Shown in pieces: positions 56,879-64,000 of a stretch of DNA of 64,000 nucleotides (positions are counted from its first letter, which is position 1; each line of letters opens with the position of its first letter). The notes under the pieces are model-generated. The model ran no database searches. It saw only the letters and a program-made list of their open reading frames with translations, and was not told the DNA's origin. This stretch comes from Rhynchopus sp. YZ270_cl-10 (lineage: Eukaryota), in contig OZ037833.1 of assembly GCA_964035575.1 (NCBI GenBank), positions 1,426,001 to 1,490,000 on the forward strand. Direction: 5' to 3'. The translations under genes were made by a program, and so were the position numbers.

Positions 56879-56999
56879 TTCGTTTTGTACCCATATTCCC
56901 ATTTTCTTCTGTCCAAAATTTTTTTTATTTTGACACAGTTTTGGATTTTGGGCGGTGAATGCACACACCATCTCGTTTCTATGAACCATATAAATGTCA

Positions 57000-57073
57000 G
57001 CACCTATGGTCTAGTTGGTTATGACGCCTCGTTAACACCGAGGAGGTCTCCGGTTCAAACCCGGATAGGTGTA
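57000..57073 (+). tRNA. tRNA-Val: tRNA-Val(AAC)
   Basis: Copy of 28955. Confidence 0.94.
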
Positions 57074-57702
57074 CACTTCTTTTTGTGTGTTTGTTTTTTG
57101 GCCTTGTATTGCCCATTTTTTTTGGGGGTGAGAGCACATCCGCAAACACGTGTCATAATGCTAACGTTTGCGGCTGTGCTACTCTGCCAATTTTTTTGGA
57201 TTTGGTGAAAAATGGTACCAAAATCAAATCCTGGAGCGATCAGTTTTTTGTTGCCGGAAGCACATGCGGAAATGGGTGGGAATTCCTTAACATTTCCACA
57301 TGTGCTTCCTTTTCAGTCCTTTCCATCTCGAACGAACTTTGATCAGTGGGAACATGAAACAGACTGACTTATGTGTTATGACATAGCATCTCAGCTCAAC
57401 CTGATTGCAGGCCAAAAAATAATTTTCGGCCAAAATTTTTTTTAAGTTTTTGTTGCCAGAAGCCATATGCTGAAACTTGCACAACACACAGTGAGCTGTG
57501 CGCCCACAACGGAGGGCCTGTTCTGTGCGCCCACAATGGGGGGGTGTTCTGTGCGCCCATATCGGGGTCTGCGCTGTGCGCCCGACGTACCAAAAAATTT
57601 TCGTCCAAAAAATTGGGATGTAGTAGCACAGCGCACTTTTCCAATGTAGTAGCACAGCGCACATTGAAAATTGTTATTAGAGTTGAGGGGAAAAAAGAGA
57701 AG

Positions 57703-57719
57703 TGCCTCCACCTGGGATT

Positions 57720-57768
<49 letters not shown>

Positions 57769-57775
57769 AAGAGGC
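57703..57775 (-). tRNA. tRNA-Phe: tRNA-Phe(GAA)
   Basis: Copy of 29658. Confidence 0.95.
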
Positions 57776-57853
57776 CTTGTTTTAGGGTATGTATATTTTT
57801 TACACGGCCAACATTTTTTGAACAGGCCAAAGCCAAAGTAGTAGAAAAAGTAT

Positions 57854-57926
57854 TGGTCGTGACAGGGCTCGAACCTGGGACCGTTGGCTTATTAGACCAA
57901 TGCTCTACCGACTGAGCTACACGACC
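57854..57926 (-). tRNA. tRNA-Ile: tRNA-Ile(AAU)
   Basis: Copy of 29809. Confidence 0.95.
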
Positions 57927-58734
57927 GACAATAATGACGAAAGGAATCGCCAACCTGGGGTACGCACTATTTTTTTCTATTGTGCACAAAACTGTACATT
58001 TTTGCATGACATCATCTTACCGATGTTCCACAATAGCAAAATGGTCAAAAATGCGAAAACCTTGCGAAAATGGGTTATTTGGGTGCTCTTGAATCCATTA
58101 TGAGGTTGAACGATGTGATTAGAGCATCAGAAGTACCCTGATCGAGTTGATGAAAATGACCCAGTAAACTGCCTATTGTACTGCCATTCCACAATGGCAA
58201 AAATGGTCAAAAAGGCGAAAACGTTGGGAAAATGGGTTTTTTGAGCTCTCCTGAATGCATTATGAGGTCAGAATCGCAAATTGGAGCACCAGAAGTGCCC
58301 TGATCGAGTTGGCGAAAATGACCCAGTAAAATGACTTTTGTGCCACCATTCCACGAATGGCAAAATGTTCAAAAATGTGAAAATATTGGGAAAACGGGTT
58401 ATTCGGCTGCTCATGAAGCCATTATGAGGTCAGAATCGCCAATTGGAGCATCAGAAGTGTCCTGATAGAGTTGGTTAAAATGACCCACTAAAATGCCCAT
58501 TGTACCACTATTGCGCAAGAGCAAAATGCTCAAAAATGTGAAAACGTTGGGAAAATGGGTTATTCGGATGTTCCTGAACGCATTATGAGGTCAGACTCGC
58601 CAATCGGACCATCACACACATCCTCATCGCTAAAAGACCCTCAAAATCACAGGTACGACGCAATGGTGTCAGTTCATATTTTTGTGTGTTGACTGTCCCA
58701 ACCAAAAAATAATCAACAAAATATGGCAAAAAAA

Positions 58735-58806
58735 TGGACATTGAGGGGTTCGAACCCTCGGCCTCCCGTATGCAGAACGGGCGCTCTACCACTGAGCTAA
58801 ACGCCC
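58735..58806 (-). tRNA. tRNA-Ala: tRNA-Ala(UGC)
   Basis: Copy of 30690. Confidence 0.92.
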
Positions 58807-58919
58807 CTGATAAATGTCCCTCAAGGAGAGGTACTTGGGGCACTTTCTGTTCGTCTTTTTGTCAATTTTTTTCAAGAACGCAACAAGCCTTGAAATTGAC
58901 TCTTTCCTTTAAAACGAAT

Positions 58920-58991
58920 GCCCGCCTAGCTCAGCGGTAGAGCGTTGGACTTTTAATCCAATGGTCGTGGGTTCGATCCCCACGGCGGGTG
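58920..58991 (+). tRNA. tRNA-Lys: tRNA-Lys(UUU)
   Basis: Copy of 30875. Confidence 0.95.
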
Positions 58992-59068
58992 CCTACTTTT
59001 TTGGATCAATTGGATTCTCTTTTTTGTGCTCATTTTCAGGATCTGGGGCGTTGTGCTTCCTCAACTAT

Positions 59069-59150
59069 GCTGACGTATCCAAGTGGTTACGGAGGTGGAC
59101 TTGAAATCCACTGGGCTCTGCCCGCGCAGGTTCGAACCCTGCCGTCAGCG
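59069..59150 (+). tRNA. tRNA-Ser: tRNA-Ser(UGA)
   Basis: Copy of 31024. Confidence 0.95.
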
Positions 59151-59264
59151 TTCTTTACCTTTTCGTTTGATTTCTGTGATCTATGTTTTGTCATCAAATG
59201 CAGAGATTGAAGATGTGTGTGACAAAGCTCCAAAAAATATTGAAAACACTTGGAAAAAGAAAAG

Positions 59265-59336
59265 TTCTCCCACGCGGGTTTGAACCGCGGCTACTGGATT
59301 CAAAGTCCAGGGTGCTAACCACTACACCATAGGAGA
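59265..59336 (-). tRNA. tRNA-Gln: tRNA-Gln(UUG)
   Basis: Copy of 31220. Confidence 0.94.
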
Positions 59337-59438
59337 GATAATCCGGATCCTTTTGTTCACACAACAACGATGGAAAATTTGGTGGTTGCAGGTACACACA
59401 AGTACCCCACAATGATTCTTTGATTTAAGTTAATATGA

Positions 59439-59511
59439 GCCTCCCTAGCTCAGTCGGTAGAGCGCAAGGCCCTTAACCTTGTGGTCGCGGGTTCGAGCCC
59501 CGCGGGAGGTG
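59439..59511 (+). tRNA. tRNA-Lys: tRNA-Lys(CUU)
   Basis: Copy of 31394. Confidence 0.92.
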
Positions 59512-59737
59512 CTTTTTGTATTGATACCTGAATTTTTCTGAATTTTTTTTATTTGTTGGAAAACATGGTGTGTTGGTCGTTGTGCAATGAGCCCGCCATC
59601 GTGCGAAATCGTGCCCAAAAAAAATTTTTGGTGGTCACAATTGCGATGATTTTTGGTGATCCCACCCAGACCAAATCGCACTAACTAAGTTGTTAAGCAA
59701 AGTACAAGCTTCGTCCTAAGTACTGACAGGTAATTAA

Positions 59738-59819
59738 GCGGACGTACCCAAGTGGTTACGGGGCTCGCCTGCTAAGCGAGTGTGCTCTGCATGCGCAAGT
59801 TCGAACCTTGCCGTTCGCG
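59738..59819 (+). tRNA. tRNA-Ser: tRNA-Ser(GCU)
   Basis: Copy of 31693. Confidence 0.95.
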
Positions 59820-60072
59820 TTTTTTATACACTGCATTGATACCTTTTTTCATTCTTTTCTGAACTTTTTCAAACTCAAAAAAAAACCTGAAAAAATCTGT
59901 TTTATCTTCAGGTCAAGAATCTCCAAGTTAGGACAACATTCAAGATGTTTGGTTTTTTTGGTGAGACAACCTTGGAAATCCTGAACAATAGTTTCAACAT
60001 CAAGATGACACACAACTTGGGTTTTTAGCTCAAAATCAAAAATAGAGTCAAAAACTCAAAAAAATGAAAAAT

Positions 60073-60145
60073 CTCCTCCTGTTGGGTTCGAACCAACGAC
60101 CTGCAGGTTAACAGCCTGACGCGCTACCGACTGCGCCAAGGAGGA
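60073..60145 (-). tRNA. tRNA-Asn: tRNA-Asn(GUU)
   Basis: Copy of 32028. Confidence 0.95.
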
Positions 60146-60259
60146 TCTGATTGTTAGCGAAGACAGCATTTACATGGGGACCTTATTCAAAACGAAAACA
60201 CACACAAGGAATGATGGAAACTTATGGCCTTGGTACGAAGAGAATGCGAGAGAATTCGT

Positions 60260-60331
60260 GGCTCGGTGGTCTAGTGGCATGATTCTCGCTTAGGGTGCGA
60301 GAGGTCCGGGGTTCAATTCCCCGCCGAGCCC
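60260..60331 (+). tRNA. tRNA-Pro: tRNA-Pro(AGG)
   Basis: Copy of 32215. Confidence 0.95.
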
Positions 60332-60428
60332 TTGTCTTTTTGGATTTTCATTTTTATTTATTTTTTCGTTTGAAATTCCGTGTTCCTTGCACAAAAGTAC
60401 CCTTTTTGGATTGTGCCTAAGTATCACC

Positions 60429-60500
60429 TCCCCTTTAGTACAGTGGTTAGTATACCTGGCTTTCACCCAGGCGACCCGGGTTCAAACCCCGGAGGGGGAA
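60429..60500 (+). tRNA. tRNA-Glu: tRNA-Glu(UUC)
   Basis: Copy of 32384. Confidence 0.95.
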
Positions 60501-60637
60501 TCCTTTTTGATTGCTTTCAAATTTCGGAGCTGTTTTTTGATATTTTCATATTTCTGAATTTTCAATTTGGCAAAGTTTTGTGACAAGAAATCTCTGAGAA
60601 GGAGGAAATCTAAAAATATTTTGGAATGAACAAAAAG

Positions 60638-60709
60638 TACTCGCGGCGGGGATCGAACCCGCAACCTCCGGCGTCGGGAACCGACGCGCTTCCATTGCGC
60701 CACGCGAGC
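60638..60709 (-). tRNA. tRNA-Arg: tRNA-Arg(CCG)
   Basis: Copy of 32593. Confidence 0.88.
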
Positions 60710-61864
60710 TTATCTTGTTTCCCAAGATCTCAGATTATGGAGAAGGTTTGGCAGTGTCTAAAAAAGTTCAAAAAGTGATAAAACAGCCAGTGTCCCTTGG
60801 TGCATGACTGGTTGTACTGTGGTGGACCCGTGCACTTTCCATACAGTCCTATGCCAGAAAACCCACACACAATGGGTTTGTGGGTTTTCTACATCCACTG
60901 TACCTGTGCATAAGATAACCCATCGTGAAACTCCCTTGTGCACCCGACATACCACCCCTGGCCATATTGGTCAGGCATATTAGTAAGGGTACCTGGTCAG
61001 ATCTGACCAGGCACCTGGTCACAGTGACTGGGCACAGTAGGAACCACAGCTGAAATGGGTGGGGGCTTAAAGCCGTGTTCCAGCATGTGGTTCCTCTTTA
61101 GGTCCCAGCATGTAGTACACCCGACATACCACAGCCCAGGCCATATTGGTAAGGCATATTAGTAGGGGCACCTGGTCACAGTGACTAGGTAGGTGCACAG
61201 AGTGGTTCCTAATCGGGCGCACAGGGGGATATTCCTAATCGGGCGCACAGGGGGGTAAAGCTAACCGGGCGCACAGGGGGATTCCTAATCGGGCGCACAG
61301 GGGGTCGGCCCGCAAACCTGATGATCATATTACCTCTGACCAGCGCACCGGCCATACTGACTTACATGTTTATTTACTGGGAATTTTGTGAAGAAATAAA
61401 CATGTAAGTCAGGTTGGGTTTATGAACCTGTTGTAGTCCTAACCTGACTTACATGGTTATGAAAAACCTGACTTACATGGTTATTAACCCAGGGAATTTT
61501 GTGAACAAATAAACATGTAAGTCAGGTTTTTCATAAACACGTAAGTCAAGCCAAAAACATGTGGCCATACTGACTTACATGTTTATGAACTGGGATTTTT
61601 GTGAATAAATACACATGTAAGTCAGCATGGGTTTATAAACATGATCATCAAATTTTTTTTCGATTGTGACGGAAGTTGTGACTGAACTGACTTACCATGT
61701 CGAGCAAAAACCCGCATCAGACAAAAAAAAAATTTCTCCACTAAGAATCCTTACGCAAGAAAGAGTACACATCATTTCCACTTTTTCGTTTTGAACGAGT
61801 TTGTGACCGACCTGAAACCGTCCGAAACCATATTGTTTTGCTTTTTCCAATCGCAAAAAGAGAG

Positions 61865-61935
61865 TGCGTAATCCGGGAATCGAACCCGGGCCGACCCCGT
61901 GGCGGGGGGCCATTCTACCACTAGACCAATTACGC
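61865..61935 (-). tRNA. tRNA-Gly: tRNA-Gly(GCC)
   Basis: Copy of 33820. Confidence 0.9.
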
Positions 61936-62051
61936 TACGATATTAGTCGAAATTGTGCTCGAGTTGCCGCTCGTTGCATGGTTGAAAAATATTTCACAAT
62001 ATCCCTCGAAATAAAACCCTTTCTGAGATCCCAATAAGTGGGAATATTCAA

Positions 62052-62123
62052 GCGGTTATGGTTTAGTGGTTAGAACACCCGTTTGTGGCACGGGAGACCC
62101 GAGTTCAATTCTCGGTAACCGCT
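62052..62123 (+). tRNA. tRNA-His: tRNA-His(GUG)
   Basis: Copy of 34007. Confidence 0.94.
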
Positions 62124-62211
62124 TTTTTAGCTGTACAATCAACCGTCTAAATTTTTTTTCAACTCCAAAAATATGCAGGCCACATAAAAAATACTATTGC
62201 CTAAAGACATG

Positions 62212-62283
62212 GACCGTGTGGCTCAATGGAAGAGCGCCTGACCACGGATCAGGCGGTTGCAGGTTCGAGTCCTGCCACGGTTG
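62212..62283 (+). tRNA. tRNA-Arg: tRNA-Arg(ACG)
   Basis: Copy of 34167. Confidence 0.92.
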
Positions 62284-62372
62284 CTTCTTTTTTTAGGCAA
62301 TTTGAAGAATTTGAAATTATTTTCATTTTGAAATCGCCCCTCACAAAGAAAACACTTTGCATGAAAGTAACA

Positions 62373-62444
62373 GCACTTATGGTATAACGGTTAGTATTCT
62401 CGCCTTCCAAGCGAGCGGCCCGGGTTCGACTCCCGGTAAGTGCA
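62373..62444 (+). tRNA. tRNA-Gly: tRNA-Gly(UCC)
   Basis: Copy of 34328. Confidence 0.95.
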
Positions 62445-62732
62445 GTTCTTTTTTTAAAGGGGGAAGCAAAATTTTCATGTTCAGAAAATTTTTTCTGAAA
62501 TGTCAGCTTTTCAAAGAATTTCCAGTTTTCAAGTTTTTCCTTCAAAAATTTTTCAAGGTTCTTATGGGTGGGTTGACTACCAAAAAATCCAAAATCCCGG
62601 GGTGACCCCTTCCCACTGGACCCAATGTTTTTATCTGTTGTGACTGTAACTTGTCACTGTAATTCATTTGACACCAACCTCTCACTTTTTTGTGTTTTCA
62701 AAAAAGTTCAAAAAAACAATGTTCAAAAAGTT

Positions 62733-62805
62733 AACCCCGTGCGGGACTCGAACCCGCAACCTTTGGATTCGAAGTCCAACGCGCTATCCATTGCGCCAAC
62801 GGGGC
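62733..62805 (-). tRNA. tRNA-Arg: tRNA-Arg(UCG)
   Basis: Copy of 34688. Confidence 0.95.
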
Positions 62806-62867
62806 CTGATTTGATTTTCATCAGAAAAGAAACGAAACAATGAGTGGGAGCCCTGTACAAAAAAGAA

Positions 62868-62920
62868 TTCCCCGGCCGGGAATTGAACCCGGGTCTTCCG
62901 CGTGACAGGCGGAAATACTG
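62868..62920 (-). pseudogene. tRNA-Asp: 3' part of tRNA-Asp(GUC) interrupted by element A
   Basis: Matches 34823-34875, then switches to the element end at 62921. Confidence 0.93.
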
Positions 62921-64000
62921 GGCCATCCTCCAGTACAGGCCCGCAAAATTTGGCACAGAATGGGCCCAAAAAAACCAGCACAGAATGGAAACGAAAAACC
63001 AGCACAGAATGGAATAGTCGGAGCCTTATAGCCGTGTTCCATTCTGTGCTGGCTTTTCGTTTCCATTCTGTGCTGGTTTTTCAGAAAATTTTTGATTTCC
63101 ATTCTGTACTGGCTTTTCGTTTCCATTCTGTGCTGGCATTTTGACTGAGAAAATGATCCGAAATTCAATACCCGGGTCAGGAGTTTTTTTTCCTCTCCTA
63201 ACAAATCCTTAAGGAAAAGTGAATTATGGATTGCTCAGGATTCCGCAGCCATTCCATTCTGTGCTGGTGTTTCAAAAAAGTACACTTTTTCGTTACGAAC
63301 CAAAAAGTGCACTTTTCTGAAACACCAGCACAGAATGGAATAGCTGGGGAATCCTTAGCAATCCATAATTCACTCTTCCCCTAACAAATCCTTAAGGAAA
63401 AGTGAATTATGGATCACTCAGGATTTCCCAGCCATTCCATTCTGTGCTGGTGTTTCAGAAAAGTGCACTTTTTCGTTACGAACCAAAAAAGTGCACTTTT
63501 CTGAAACACCAGCACAGAATGGAATGGCTGGGAAATCCTGAGTGATCCATAATTCACTTTTCCTTAAGGATTTGCTAAGGGAAACAAAAACTGCTGGTTC
63601 TGGGGTTGGAACCTCCGACCACCAATTTCATACAGTGCACGGAACCTGTGTAGTACTCACTTGGATACTTTGTCTTGCATAAGGATTTTCACCAAGGCGG
63701 ACTAAGTGTCCCAGTGTGTAGCACAGGTTTCATACATAAGAGTTTCTTCGGTGTCGTAGGTTCAAACCCCAGAACCAGCAGTTTTTGTTTCCCCTAACAA
63801 ATCCTTAGGGAAAAGTGAATTATGGATTGCTAAGGATTTCCCAGCCATTCCATTCTGTGCTGGTGATTCAGAAAAGTGCACTTTTTTGGTTCGTAACGAA
63901 AAAGTGCACTTTTCTGAAACACCAGCACAGAATGGAATGGCTGGGAAATCCTGAGTGATCCATAATTCACTTTTCCTTAAGGATTTGCTAAGGGAAACAA
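62921..64000 (-). mobile_element. Element A, copy 4 (runs off window)
   Basis: Starts GGCCATCCTCCAGTACAG directly after AAATACTG (rc of CAGTATTT); far end not visible. Confidence 0.9.

Noticed and set aside
1..64000. Short ORFs in the supplied track as protein-coding genes
   Set aside because: They overlap RNA genes, satellites or palindromes, recur with the repeats and show no recognisable domains. Only the CRE-like fragment is supported.

Overview
Eukaryotic, non-protein-coding window from a euglenozoan. The 40-nt spliced-leader exon most resembles the diplonemid type. It holds about two turns of a large tandem 'small-RNA toolkit' repeat. Contents: 14 SL RNA genes; U1, U2, U4, U5 and U6 snRNAs; U3; SRP/7SL; six 5S rRNA genes; and 48 tRNA genes in one unit covering 45 of the usual 46 eukaryotic tRNA species (only Leu-UAA not seen). 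At least two structured RNAs of unknown family are also present. Two upstream promoter motifs can be read directly. The strongest novel signal is a family of non-autonomous DNA transposons with GG-ended imperfect TIRs and 8-bp TSDs (Merlin/IS1016-like). They insert inside tRNA genes, three of four targets at exactly nt 20-27. Two sit stacked at one site, insertions are polymorphic between repeat units, and the elements carry their own tRNA-like A/B-box cassettes. Other oddities: C instead of the near-invariant U33 in 10 tRNA species, variant U1/U2 splice-site recognition sequences, a CRE/SLACS-like retrotransposon fragment, and a decayed Zn-ribbon transposase-like frame behind a U6-type promoter. 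No intact protein-coding gene is supported. Coordinates were counted by hand (+/- a few nt) and family assignments are from motif recognition, not database searches.
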